64,000 nt of DNA from NCBI GenBank assembly GCA_041482275.1, contig JBGPDL010000005.1:2985-66984 (forward strand). Reading direction: 5' to 3'. The notes below the pieces were generated by a model. The model saw only the letters and a program-made list of their open reading frames with translations. It did not search any database and was not told where the DNA came from. Below, one piece after another: positions 43,034-52,116 of the stretch. The DNA comes from Gemmatimonadota bacterium. Lineage in GTDB: Bacteria; Gemmatimonadota; Gemmatimonadetes; Gemmatimonadales; GWC2-71-9. Made by a program: the position numbers and the translations under genes. How positions within the stretch are numbered: the stretch's first letter is position 1; each line of letters opens with the position of its first letter.

Positions 43034-44445
43034 GCGACCCCCGCCCATTCCCGGCACGCGTGAATCGGTACCACTTTCCCCGGGTTCACCCGCTCGTCCG
43101 GGTCGAACACACGGCGCACCGCCCGCATCGCGGCCAGCGAGTCGCCGTCGAACATCAGCGGCATGTACCGCAGCTTGTCGAGCCCGACACCGTGCTCGCC
43201 GGTGATCGTGCCGCCGGCCGCGATGCACACGGCCATCATCTCCCCGCTGGCCGCGTCGACGCGCGCCTTCAGGCCGGGCACCCGGCCGTCGAACGAGATG
43301 TTGGGATGCAGATTGCCGTCTCCCGCGTGGAACACGTTGCTGACGGTGAGCCCGTAGCTCGCAGCGATCCTGCCGATGGCCTCGAGCACGTCGGGCAGGG
43401 CGGAGCGGGGAACCACGGCGTCCTGCACGACCAGATCGCGCGACAGGCGGCCCATGGCGCCGAACGCCTTCTTCCGGCCCAGCCACAGCCGTTCGCGCTG
43501 CTTCGCGTCCGCTGCCGCGAGCACCGTCCGGGCCCCGTGGGCGCGCAAGATGCTCTCGATGGTTTCGGCATCCGCCGCCACCGCTTCCTCCCGTCCTCCG
43601 TCCAGCTCGACGAGCAGCACGGCCGCCGCGTCGCGCGGGTATCCCGCCGCGTATACCGAATCTTCCACCGCGCGGATGCACGACTGATCCATCATCTCGA
43701 GCGCCGCGGGCACGATGCCGCTGGCGATCACGGCCGACACGGCCTCCCCGGCTGTCCGGAGCGCGCCGAAGTCAGCGAGCAGCGTGCGAATCGCCGGCGG
43801 TACGGCCAGGAGCCGCACGGCGATGCGGGTGGCGATCCCGAAATTACCTTCCGAGCCCACGAACAGGCCCGCCAGGTCGGGCCCCCACGGCTCGCCGCCG
43901 GGGCTCCCCAGCTCGACGGCCCGTCCGTCCGCGAGCACGACTTCCAGCGCGAGCACGTGATTCGCCGTCACGCCGTACTTGAGGCAATGGGGGCCGCCCG
44001 CATTTTCCGCCACGTTGCCGCCGATCGTGCAGGCGGTCTGACTCGACGGATCGGGGGTGTACTGCAGGCCGTGAACGGCCGCGGCGGCCGAGAGCCGTGC
44101 GTTCACCACACCGGGCTCCACCACGGCAAGGCGATTCTTCGGGTCGATCGTGAGAATACGGTTGAGTCGCGTGAGCACCAGGAGGACCGCCTCGCCGCCC
44201 GCCAGCGCCCCGCCCGACAGTCCGGTGCCCGCGCCCCGCGGCACCACGGGCACGCCCAGCGCGGCGAGCAACCGCACGACGGCGACCACCTCGTCGCGGC
44301 TGCCGGGGAGCACCACGACACCGGGCACGTGACGATGGGTCGGCAACCCGTCCCGCGCGTAGGTGACGCGCTCGGGCAGCGCGGTACGCACGTGACGCGC
44401 GCCGACGATCTCGGCGAGCGCGTCGACCAAGGATCCGCCCGTCAC
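43030..44445 (-). CDS. glcD: Glycolate oxidase subunit GlcD (FAD-linked oxidase)
   Basis: 471 aa with the FAD-binding PCMH domain (VVPRGAGTGLSGGA) and a GlcD-like C-terminal domain. Confidence 0.9.
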   Translation of the reverse strand: MTGGSLVDALAEIVGARHVRTALPERVTYARDGLPTHRHVPGVVVLPGSRDEVVAVVRLLAALGVPVVPRGAGTGLSGGALAGGEAVLLVLTRLNRILTIDPKNRLAVVEPGVVNARLSAAAAVHGLQYTPDPSSQTACTIGGNVAENAGGPHCLKYGVTANHVLALEVVLADGRAVELGSPGGEPWGPDLAGLFVGSEGNFGIATRIAVRLLAVPPAIRTLLADFGALRTAGEAVSAVIASGIVPAALEMMDQSCIRAVEDSVYAAGYPRDAAAVLLVELDGGREEAVAADAETIESILRAHGARTVLAAADAKQRERLWLGRKKAFGAMGRLSRDLVVQDAVVPRSALPDVLEAIGRIAASYGLTVSNVFHAGDGNLHPNISFDGRVPGLKARVDAASGEMMAVCIAAGGTITGEHGVGLDKLRYMPLMFDGDSLAAMRAVRRVFDPDERVNPGKVVPIHACREWAGVA

Positions 44446-45128
44446 GTGGCCTGCTCAATCTCAGGGTGGCGGCCGCCGCGCCCGTTGCCCCCCGCCCGCC
44501 GGCGCACGACGGCGCGGCGCTCGGCATCGGCGGCCAGCGGGCCCAAGAGCGCCGCGAGCTGGCGCAGCCGCGCGCTCGTGCTCCGGCCGGTGTGCAGCGC
44601 TCGCTTCACATCGGGATCGAGCTCCAGCGCCGCCGCCACCTGGAACGACAGGAGCGTGGGGTCGCCGGGCAGCGAGATGTCCTCGTCTTCGCGCTCGGTC
44701 AAGACGCCGAGCGCCTGTGCGAGGCGCCCGAAGCCGTCGCGCACATCGGCGGCGAGCGTGCCTGCTTCCGCGGCGTCGACCGGGTCGTCGTCGAATTCCT
44801 CCACTTCGGCCACGCGGTACGGCTGCGGACCCGCGATCCAGCGGCACACGACGAAGCGGCGCTCTCCCACCGTGACGATGTTGGCGCATCCGTCGGGGAG
44901 CGGCTCACTCGAGCGGATCAGCGCCACGCAACCGACATCTCCCGGACTAGGGCCGGGATCCGCGCCCGGCGCTCGGTCCGCGGCGACGTACGCGATCCCG
45001 AGCCGCCGGTCCGCCGCGAGACAGTCCTGGAGTAGCTGGCGGTAGCGGGGCTCGAAGATGTGCAACGGCTGGGGGGCGCCCGGAAACAGGACGATCGGCA
45101 ACGGAAAAATTGGGAGCTCGCGCGGCAT
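44442..45128 (-). CDS. LON substrate-binding (LON-N) domain protein
   Basis: Start trimmed to ATG 45128 (MPRELPIFPLPIVLFPG...LHIFEPRYR, the LON N-terminal domain signature). There is no ATPase or protease domain. The stop overlaps the glcD start. Confidence 0.8.
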   Translation of the reverse strand: MPRELPIFPLPIVLFPGAPQPLHIFEPRYRQLLQDCLAADRRLGIAYVAADRAPGADPGPSPGDVGCVALIRSSEPLPDGCANIVTVGERRFVVCRWIAGPQPYRVAEVEEFDDDPVDAAEAGTLAADVRDGFGRLAQALGVLTEREDEDISLPGDPTLLSFQVAAALELDPDVKRALHTGRSTSARLRQLAALLGPLAADAERRAVVRRRAGGNGRGGRHPEIEQAT

Positions 45129-45157
45129 AGGTAAATAGTATACGGGAAAGGCCACGG

Positions 45158-45257
45158 CTAGACGCGCCGACGCACAGGGGAGGACAGCGAAGAGGGGCCA
45201 GGACAACGCTTGTCCTGACCCCTCACACCGTTCACCGCTGCGCGTCGGCGCGTCTAG
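45158..45257. repeat. 100-nt nested palindrome between the sigma-factor gene and the LON-N/glc operon (probable terminator or structured RNA)
   Basis: The outer perfect 16-nt inverted repeat is CTAGACGCGCCGACGC (45158-45173) / GCGTCGGCGCGTCTAG (45242-45257), and it extends imperfectly. The inner hairpin is GAGGGGCCAGGACAA-CGC-TTGTCCTGACCCCTC (about 45192-45224). Confidence 0.6.
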
Positions 45258-45270
45258 TTGTGGCAGGTCT

Positions 45271-46164
45271 TCAGGCGGCTCTCCAGAAGCCCTTCAGTGC
45301 CCTGCCATCCGGTGATTCACGGAGCTTCTCGAACGCCCGTTCCCTGATTTGCCTGATTCTCTCCCGCGTGACTCCCATCAGCGCCCCGATCTTCTCGAGC
45401 GTCATCGCCTCACTGCCTTCTTCGAGGCCGTAGTAGAGGTAGAGAATCTTCCGCTCGCGGGGTGTGAGATACTTCTGGAAGATGCGGTCGATGAATTCGC
45501 GCATCAGCTTGCCGTCGGTCTTTTCCTCGATCTCCCCGCCTTCTTGGCCCGCAAAGCGCTCACCCAGCGTGGCCGCGTCCTTGTCGCTGCGGTCGACCGG
45601 GGCGTCGAGCGACAGCTCCGCCGCCGTCATGCGGCGCGCGGTGCGTACGTTCTCGACGGTGTCTTCGAGCGCCATCGCGATCTCGTCGTCGGTGGGCTCC
45701 CGACCGAGCTCCTGGGACAAGTAGGTCTCGGTGCGGCTCATGCGGATCAACTGGGAGTTCTGGTTCAGCGGGATGCGGACGCTGCGGGTCTGCTCGGCCA
45801 GAGCCTTCAGGACCGCTTGGCGTACCCACCACACGGCATACGAGATGAACTTCACGCCCTGGTCCGGGTCGAACTTCTTTACCGCCTTGAGCAGCCCTTC
45901 GTTGCCGATGGCGACCAGCTCGGAGAGATCGAGCCCGTGCCCTTGATATTTCTTGACGTAGGAGATGACGAATCGGAGGTTGGCTGTGACGAGCCGCTCG
46001 GCGGCTTTTTCATCGCCCCGCTGGACGCGCCGGGCCAGCCGGCGCTCTTCCGCGGGATCCTTTATCAGTGGCAGCTTCTGAATGTCTTGGAGGTACTGGT
46101 CGAATGCGCCGGAAGGATTAGTTCGAAAAAACGCCTTCGCCTTGCCTGCGTTCGACCGCGCCAT
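45271..46164 (-). CDS. Sigma-70-family RNA polymerase sigma factor, RpoD-like short form (regions 1.2-4, no region 1.1)
   Basis: Start trimmed to ATG 46164 (MARSNAGKAK...). Region 2 reads ANLRFVISYVKKYQGHGL...IGNEGLLKAVKKFDP..G.KFISYAVWWVRQA. Region 4 has the HTH LEKIGALMGVTRERIRQI. Confidence 0.9.
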   Translation of the reverse strand: MARSNAGKAKAFFRTNPSGAFDQYLQDIQKLPLIKDPAEERRLARRVQRGDEKAAERLVTANLRFVISYVKKYQGHGLDLSELVAIGNEGLLKAVKKFDPDQGVKFISYAVWWVRQAVLKALAEQTRSVRIPLNQNSQLIRMSRTETYLSQELGREPTDDEIAMALEDTVENVRTARRMTAAELSLDAPVDRSDKDAATLGERFAGQEGGEIEEKTDGKLMREFIDRIFQKYLTPRERKILYLYYGLEEGSEAMTLEKIGALMGVTRERIRQIRERAFEKLRESPDGRALKGFWRAA

Positions 46165-46225
46165 AGCTAGGGCTCCGACGGTAGACGACTGACAGGGTTG
46201 TAGGGGAAAACGCTGACCGGCGCCC

Positions 46226-46254
46226 AATATAGGAATCGCCCTGCAAGGGTGCAA
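46226..46254 (-). promoter_or_regulatory. Sigma-70-type promoter for the sigma-factor gene
   Basis: The minus strand has TTGCAC (46254-46249), a 17-nt spacer and TATATT (46231-46226). It lies about 60 nt upstream of the ATG, inside a conspicuously AT-rich ~290-bp intergenic region. Confidence 0.45.
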
Positions 46255-46457
46255 ATCTGCGAATTTTTCCACATCACAAATTGCCAATCTGCCGCACACG
46301 TGCGCAGTTTGTCCACTATCCACATCGTGTGTGGAGAAAGTGATGTTGATTCGAGGTTGATGACGGCCCCATCTTCATGTGGAGACGTGCACACTTGTGT
46401 GGGAAGTTGTTGATCGATATGTGATTATGTCAGGAACTGATGGACAGCCGAGCACCT

Positions 46458-47570
46458 CTACCTGCTCGTCCCGCTGCTCAACACCTCGCGCACCACCCCC
46501 TCGGGCGCCGCCACGGTCCAACTGCTGCCGTCGGCGTGCATGCGCCCGATCGCCTCGGGTAGCGCGAACCGGACGGTGCCCTCGCGCGCCTTCTTGTCGA
46601 GTTGCATCGCGGCGATCAGCGCGTCGACCGTCGCTGTGTCGGGGAGCTCGAGCGGCAGATTGTACCGCTCGAGCAGCCCCGCCACTCGGTCCGCCGTGCC
46701 CCGCTCGGCGATCCCCAGCACCTCGGCCAGGCGCGCTTCGTAGGCCATGCCAATCGCCACCGCCTCGCCATGCAGCGCGGCGAATCGGGCCGTGGCCTCG
46801 ATCGCGTGGCCCACGGTGTGACCGAAGTTGAGCACGGCGCGGCGGCCCTCCTCCCGCTCGTCCGCTGCGACGACGCCCGCCTTGATCTCGACCGAGCGCC
46901 GCACCAGGCGCTCCAGCGCGTCCGGCTGCCGGGCCCTGATGGCATCGGGTTCGCGCTCCAGCACCGCGAAGTACGCGGCATCGCCGATCACGCCGTGCTT
47001 CACGGCTTCGGCCATCCCGGAGGCGAGCTGTTGCGGCGGGAGGGAGCCGAGCACGTCGAGGTCCGCCACGACGAGGCGCGGCTGGTGGAACGCGCCCAGC
47101 AGGTTCTTGCCCGCGGGCACGTCGACGCCGGTCTTGCCGCCGATGGAAGAGTCGATCATCGCGAGCAGCGTTGTCGGCAGCTGCACGTAGGGAATGCCGC
47201 GCAGGTACGTGGCGGCCACGAAGCCCGCCACGTCCCCCACCACGCCGCCGCCCAGCGCAATCACGGCGGCGTCGCGGCCGAACTGCCGGGCCAGGAAGCG
47301 ATCCGAGAGCGCCGCCCAGGTCTCCCGTGTCTTGTTCCATTCCCCGGCGGGGAATTCGAACAGCTCCGCGGGCAACGCGCCGGCGCGCAGCCGGGCCATC
47401 ACGCGCTCGCCGTACCGCGCTGCGACGTGCGAATCGGTGATGACGGCGTAGCGGCTCGCGGGGCACGCGGCGAGGACCAGGGAAGCGAGCTCGGCGAACA
47501 GCCCGCGGCCGATCATGATGTCGTAGGACGCGTCGCGCTGCCCCGTGAGCGGGACTCGGACCGTTACCAC
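46458..47570 (-). CDS. aroB: 3-dehydroquinate synthase
   Basis: Start set at GTG 47570 (VVTVRVPL..., which aligns with the N-terminus of known AroB proteins). It has GGGVVGD.AGF.AA.Y.RG and LPTTLLAM.DSS.GGKTG motifs. Confidence 0.9.
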   Translation of the reverse strand: MVTVRVPLTGQRDASYDIMIGRGLFAELASLVLAACPASRYAVITDSHVAARYGERVMARLRAGALPAELFEFPAGEWNKTRETWAALSDRFLARQFGRDAAVIALGGGVVGDVAGFVAATYLRGIPYVQLPTTLLAMIDSSIGGKTGVDVPAGKNLLGAFHQPRLVVADLDVLGSLPPQQLASGMAEAVKHGVIGDAAYFAVLEREPDAIRARQPDALERLVRRSVEIKAGVVAADEREEGRRAVLNFGHTVGHAIEATARFAALHGEAVAIGMAYEARLAEVLGIAERGTADRVAGLLERYNLPLELPDTATVDALIAAMQLDKKAREGTVRFALPEAIGRMHADGSSWTVAAPEGVVREVLSSGTSR

Positions 47571-48109
47571 GCGACATCGGGGCGGCCGGCGGCCGCGTTG
47601 GCGCTGCGGGCCAGCACGAACAACAGATCGGACAGGCGGTTCAGATACGGCAGCACGGCGGGGGGGAGGGACGCTTCGCGCGACAGGGTGACGACGCTGC
47701 GCTCCGCCCGGCGGCATACCGTGCGCGCCACGTGGAGCGCGGCGGCCTTGAGGGTGCCGCCAGGAATGATGAACCCTTCGAGTGGCTGGAGGGAGACCTC
47801 GGCGGAATCGATCGCCGCTTCGAGCGCGGCGACGCGCCCGGCGCCCAGCGCCGCCTTGGCGAGCGCCTGCGCGACTTTCCCCGGCTCGGGGCTCGCGAGT
47901 TGACCGCCGATCGCGAACAGGTCGCGCTGGACCTCCAGCAGCAGTGCATCGGCGAGCCCCGCCGGTTCGAACGCGCGCGCGAAGCCGATCGCGGCGTTGA
48001 GCTCGTCCACGGCCCCATAGGCTTCGACCCGGAGGTGATTCTTGAGCACGCGCCCCCCGCCGAACAGGCCGGTCTCGCCCCCGTCACCGGTCTTGGTGTA
48101 GATCTTCAA
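47564..48109 (-). CDS. ATP:cob(I)alamin adenosyltransferase, PduO/MMAB type
   Basis: 181 aa. The N-terminus KIYTKTGDGGETGL matches the PduO-type signature. The TTG start is preceded by GGGGAGAGAG. Confidence 0.88.
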   Translation of the reverse strand: MKIYTKTGDGGETGLFGGGRVLKNHLRVEAYGAVDELNAAIGFARAFEPAGLADALLLEVQRDLFAIGGQLASPEPGKVAQALAKAALGAGRVAALEAAIDSAEVSLQPLEGFIIPGGTLKAAALHVARTVCRRAERSVVTLSREASLPPAVLPYLNRLSDLLFVLARSANAAAGRPDVAW

Positions 48110-48165
48110 CCGCGCTCTCTCCCCATCTCCGGGACGGGTCCCAAGATATCACGATTATCGGCGCC

Positions 48166-49677
48166 TCACGGCCGCCCGATCTGCACCACCACCGAATCGA
48201 TCTGCGCCAGCATCTGCCCGTACGGCACGGCGTGCCCGTTCGCCTGCACGCTGAAGGTGATCGTCCGCCCGTTGGCGCGCTCGATGTAGCCCGACAGGCT
48301 GTTCACGCGGTCGATGCTCCCCGTTTTCGCGATCACCCGGCCCTCGAGCGACGTGCCGCCGAAGCGCCGGAGCAGGGAACCGGATTGGCCCGCGTGGGGC
48401 AGTCCCGCGACGAATGGACCTCCCTTGGGATGGCGGTGCATGTAGGCGAGGAGCTGCGCGAAGGCGTGCGGCGTCACGAGGTTCCCCGCCGCCAGCCCCG
48501 AACCGTCCTCGAGCGCGACCGCGGTCGAGTCGATTTTCACAGAGTCGATCAGAAAGCGTCGCTCCACGTCGAGCCCCGCCTTCCAGGACCCTTCCCCCTT
48601 CAGCTCCCGTCCGAGGATCTTGAGCAGCATCTCGGCGAACCAATTCTGGCTCGAATTGAGAATCGGGAAGATGATGTCCGGCAGCGGCCGGCCGCTGAAC
48701 TCGGCGAGCGCCCCGCTGCAGCAGCGAACCGTGCGGTAGGCGAGCGAGTCGATGGTGCCGGCCGCACCCCCCTCCACGGCGATCCCCTTGCGCGCGAGCG
48801 ACGCCGCCAGTGCCCGGGCGGCGTAGAGGTTCGGATCGGGCAGGGCCACGTACTCGACCCACGGCTTCTTGCCCAGCGCCACCGTCCCCTCGGCCCGGAT
48901 GTTCCATCCTCCGCCGGCGCGGAAGAAGTTGTCGCCGATGGTCGAGCTCGAATCGGGCGGGCCGGTGCGCGCGCGGTTCTCGAACGTGATGAGACCGAGA
49001 TCGGGCGCCCAGGTGATGGAGGGAGGCGCGTCGACGGCGGGACCCGGCGCGATCTGGAAGTCCACGCTGTTGTCGTGGAAGCCCAAGCCCGACACCGGGG
49101 CCGCATACCACCAGGTCAGGTCCCAGGCGTTCCAACCGTAGTGGATCAGCGTGGGCTCGAAGTACGAGCCGTCTCCCACCAGCTTGCCGGTGATGCGCCG
49201 GATGCCGTGCGCCCGCACCGAGTCGGCGAGCGCGTCGATCGCGGTGAAGGTCGAGTCGCAAGCACCCGGGGCGAGGGTGTCAACGCCGTAGCAGCGCGCC
49301 GACCAGGTGGGATCGCCCCGGCCGTAAAGGATCAGGTCGCCCTGGAGCACGCCGCCCTCCACCCGGCCGTTGACGTACAGCGTGGTCTTGACCCGGTAGT
49401 CGGGCGGGAGCAGCACGGCCGCGGCTGCCGTGACGACCAGCTTGGTGTTGCTGGCGGGCACCGAGAAACGGTCGGCGTTGCGCTGGTACAGGACCCGGCC
49501 ACGGTCGTCCACGACGTAGATGCCCCATGTGGCGCGATCGAACGGCGGCGTGTCGATCAGCTGGGCCAGCCGGTGCTCGAGCGATCCTTGGAGCGGCGCC
49601 GTGCGCGGCCGCCCCCCCGGCGTCTGGGCCGCAACCGTGGAGCTAATCGTCAACGATGCGAGGATCAGCTTTCGCAT
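48166..49677 (-). CDS. dacB: D-alanyl-D-alanine carboxypeptidase/endopeptidase (PBP4, peptidase S13)
   Basis: 503 aa with a signal peptide, the SxxK motif (PASNTK) and the PBP4 three-domain pattern. The start overlaps the end of the upstream permease by 35 nt. Confidence 0.88.
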   Translation of the reverse strand: MRKLILASLTISSTVAAQTPGGRPRTAPLQGSLEHRLAQLIDTPPFDRATWGIYVVDDRGRVLYQRNADRFSVPASNTKLVVTAAAAVLLPPDYRVKTTLYVNGRVEGGVLQGDLILYGRGDPTWSARCYGVDTLAPGACDSTFTAIDALADSVRAHGIRRITGKLVGDGSYFEPTLIHYGWNAWDLTWWYAAPVSGLGFHDNSVDFQIAPGPAVDAPPSITWAPDLGLITFENRARTGPPDSSSTIGDNFFRAGGGWNIRAEGTVALGKKPWVEYVALPDPNLYAARALAASLARKGIAVEGGAAGTIDSLAYRTVRCCSGALAEFSGRPLPDIIFPILNSSQNWFAEMLLKILGRELKGEGSWKAGLDVERRFLIDSVKIDSTAVALEDGSGLAAGNLVTPHAFAQLLAYMHRHPKGGPFVAGLPHAGQSGSLLRRFGGTSLEGRVIAKTGSIDRVNSLSGYIERANGRTITFSVQANGHAVPYGQMLAQIDSVVVQIGRP

Positions 49678-50560
49678 AGACCAAGTCCGTCAGGAGGTTC
49701 ACCAGCAGGAATACCAGGGACATGAAGAGTATGCTCCCTTGGATCGCCGGGAGATCGCGCTTTTCGATCGCGGAGAGCACATAGCGGCCCAGCCCCGGCC
49801 ACCCGAAGATTGTTTCCGTGAGGATGCTGCCCGTGAGGTAGCTGCCCGTGTCGAGCCCCAGGACGGTGATCACGGGGATGAGCGCGTTACGGAGCCCGTG
49901 GCGCAGGATCACCGCTGCATCGCTCAAGCCCTTCGCGCGCGCGGTGCGGATGAAGTCGCTCCCCAGGACCTCCAGCATGGCGGCGCGCGTCATGCGCGCG
50001 AGGAAGGCGATCGAGCGCATGCCCAGCGTCACGGCCGGCAGCACGAGGTACACGAGACCTCCCGAGCCCGACGGTGGGAGCCACCGCAGGGTCACGGCGA
50101 ACACGAGAATCAAGAGCAAGCCCACCCAGTACACCGGGAACGACACGCCCGCGTACGAGACGAGCATCGCGAGCCGGTCGACGGCCCCCCCCGGCCGCGC
50201 CGCCGACAGGACGCCCAGCGCGATGCCGGTCACCGCGGCGAGCGCCATCGCGGCGAGGGCGAGCTCGACCGTCTTGGGGAAACGCTCTCGCAGATCCCAG
50301 ACGATGGGCCGTTGGGTGATGTAGGAGCGGCCGAGATCCCCCCGTACCACGCCCCAGACGTAGTGCCCGAACCGGGTGGGGAGCGGGTCGTCGAGGTGCA
50401 AGTCGGCCCGGAGGCGCGCGATGGTCGCGGGATCGGCGCGCTCGCCCACCATCGCCGCCACGGGATCACCGGGTGCGACGTCCAATAGGAAGAACGTGAC
50501 GACCAGGACGCCGGCGAGCGTCGGGACCGTCATGAGCAGGCGGCGCCCTACGACGCGCAT
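49643..50560 (-). CDS. ABC transporter permease (DppB/OppB type)
   Basis: Start trimmed to ATG 50560 (MRVVGRRLLMTVPTLAGVLVVTFFLL). The EAA-loop region reads FIRTARAKGLS...HGLRNALIPV. Confidence 0.88.
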   Translation of the reverse strand: MRVVGRRLLMTVPTLAGVLVVTFFLLDVAPGDPVAAMVGERADPATIARLRADLHLDDPLPTRFGHYVWGVVRGDLGRSYITQRPIVWDLRERFPKTVELALAAMALAAVTGIALGVLSAARPGGAVDRLAMLVSYAGVSFPVYWVGLLLILVFAVTLRWLPPSGSGGLVYLVLPAVTLGMRSIAFLARMTRAAMLEVLGSDFIRTARAKGLSDAAVILRHGLRNALIPVITVLGLDTGSYLTGSILTETIFGWPGLGRYVLSAIEKRDLPAIQGSILFMSLVFLLVNLLTDLVYAKADPRIVDD

Positions 50561-52116
50561 CACCGCGGCGCGATCCTGGCGCTGGTCCAGCGCTGGCCGT
50601 TGAAGATCACCGGCACGTCCCAACCCGTGACCTCGGGCCGCCGCGCCCACAGGTCGGTGGGAAACCAGAGATACAGCCACGGCGCGGCACCGTACACCCG
50701 CTCGTCGATGCGACGATATAACGCGGTGCGCGCGGCGTCGTCCGTGGTGCGCCGAGCCCGCAGGATCAGGGCATCCGTCACGCTGTCCGAGTAGAACGCG
50801 TAGTTGCCTCCGGGACCGAAGCTCCCCGTATAGAACAGCGGGTACAGGAAGTTGTCGGCGTCGGGGTAATCGGCCCACCAGTCGAGGATGACCATGTCGG
50901 TCTCCCCCTGGCGCGCCGCCGCGCGCTGGCTCGACGCGTCGCGCTCGACCAGCTCCACGCGTATCCCCACTTCCGCCAGCTGGGTCTGCACCGCCTGCGC
51001 CACGCGCGACAGCTCGATGTTCGCCGCGGTGCGCCACAGCCGCACCGTGATGCCGCCCGCGTAGCCGGCGGCGGCGAGCAGCGCGCGCGCCGCGGCGGGA
51101 TCGTACCGGTACGCGGTCCTCGCCGTGTCGTTGCCGCCGAGCCCCGGGGGGATCGCCCCCCGCGCCGGAACGCCGCGTCCGCCGTACACCGTCGCCAGGA
51201 TCGCCGGCACGTCCACCGCCCGGTTGATCGCCTGCCGCACGCGGACATCCCGCAGCGGGCCGCGCCGGTTGTTCAACGCCACGTACACGACGCGCAGCGC
51301 CGGCTTCTCCACCAGCCAGTTCCGCCGATCCTCGCGCCACCGCGCGGTCTCCCCGAACGGTACCTCCACCACGCTGAGCCGCCCCGCCTCGAATTCGGCG
51401 GCACGCGTGAGCGGCTCGGGGATGATCCGTACCGCCAGCGTTTCGGCGACGGGGGCGCCGCCCCAGTACGCCGGGTTGCGGGCGAACAGGAGGTAGTCGT
51501 CGTGCTGCCACGCCACGAAGCGCCACGGCCCCGTCCCGACCGGATGCGCTCCGGGGTCGGCTGGGGGTGACGCCGGCAGGACGCTGGCGACCGGCATCGC
51601 GAGGAACTTGGGGAAGATGGCGAGCGGCTCGGTGAGGGTGAACGCCACCGCGGTGTCGCCCAGGAGCTCGATACCGGGCACATCGTCGCGCCGTCCCGCC
51701 GCGTAGTCCTGCGCGCCCGCGATCGGGTACAGCGGCCAGGGACGTCCGCCGCGGGTCGCGGGCGAGAGGACCCGCACTAGGCTGGCGCGCACCGCCGCCG
51801 CCGTCAGCGGCGTGCCGTCGTGGAACTTGACGCCCGCTCGGAGGTGAAAGACGTATCGCCGGCCGCCGCGCCCCACCGTCCAGCGATCGGCGAGCCCCGG
51901 GTGCAGTCGGCCGTCCGGATCGAACTGGGTGAGTCCGTCGAACGCCAACGTGGCCATCTCACCGGTGGGGACGTCGGTCGACAGGGCGGGATCGAGGGAC
52001 CGCGGGTCGTAGGATTCGTAATACGTGAGGGTCGCACCCGGCGGCCGGGCGCGTTCCTCTCCACAGGCCGTCGTCGCGGCGAGGGTGGCAAGAGCCAGAT
52101 CGGGGAACGCGCGCAT
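50560..52116 (-). CDS. ABC transporter substrate-binding protein, family 5 (peptide/nickel)
   Basis: 518 aa with lipoprotein signal ATTAC. SBP_bac_5-like sequence runs throughout. The stop overlaps the permease start by 1 nt. Confidence 0.88.
   Translation of the reverse strand: MRAFPDLALATLAATTACGEERARPPGATLTYYESYDPRSLDPALSTDVPTGEMATLAFDGLTQFDPDGRLHPGLADRWTVGRGGRRYVFHLRAGVKFHDGTPLTAAAVRASLVRVLSPATRGGRPWPLYPIAGAQDYAAGRRDDVPGIELLGDTAVAFTLTEPLAIFPKFLAMPVASVLPASPPADPGAHPVGTGPWRFVAWQHDDYLLFARNPAYWGGAPVAETLAVRIIPEPLTRAAEFEAGRLSVVEVPFGETARWREDRRNWLVEKPALRVVYVALNNRRGPLRDVRVRQAINRAVDVPAILATVYGGRGVPARGAIPPGLGGNDTARTAYRYDPAAARALLAAAGYAGGITVRLWRTAANIELSRVAQAVQTQLAEVGIRVELVERDASSQRAAARQGETDMVILDWWADYPDADNFLYPLFYTGSFGPGGNYAFYSDSVTDALILRARRTTDDAARTALYRRIDERVYGAAPWLYLWFPTDLWARRPEVTGWDVPVIFNGQRWTSARIAPR

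Noticed and set aside
46167-46394. 75-aa ORF on the minus strand inside the AT-rich region upstream of the sigma gene
   Set aside because: It has atypical composition, no G/C third-position bias and no recognisable motif. It overlaps the predicted promoter and repeat boxes. The region is more likely regulatory DNA.
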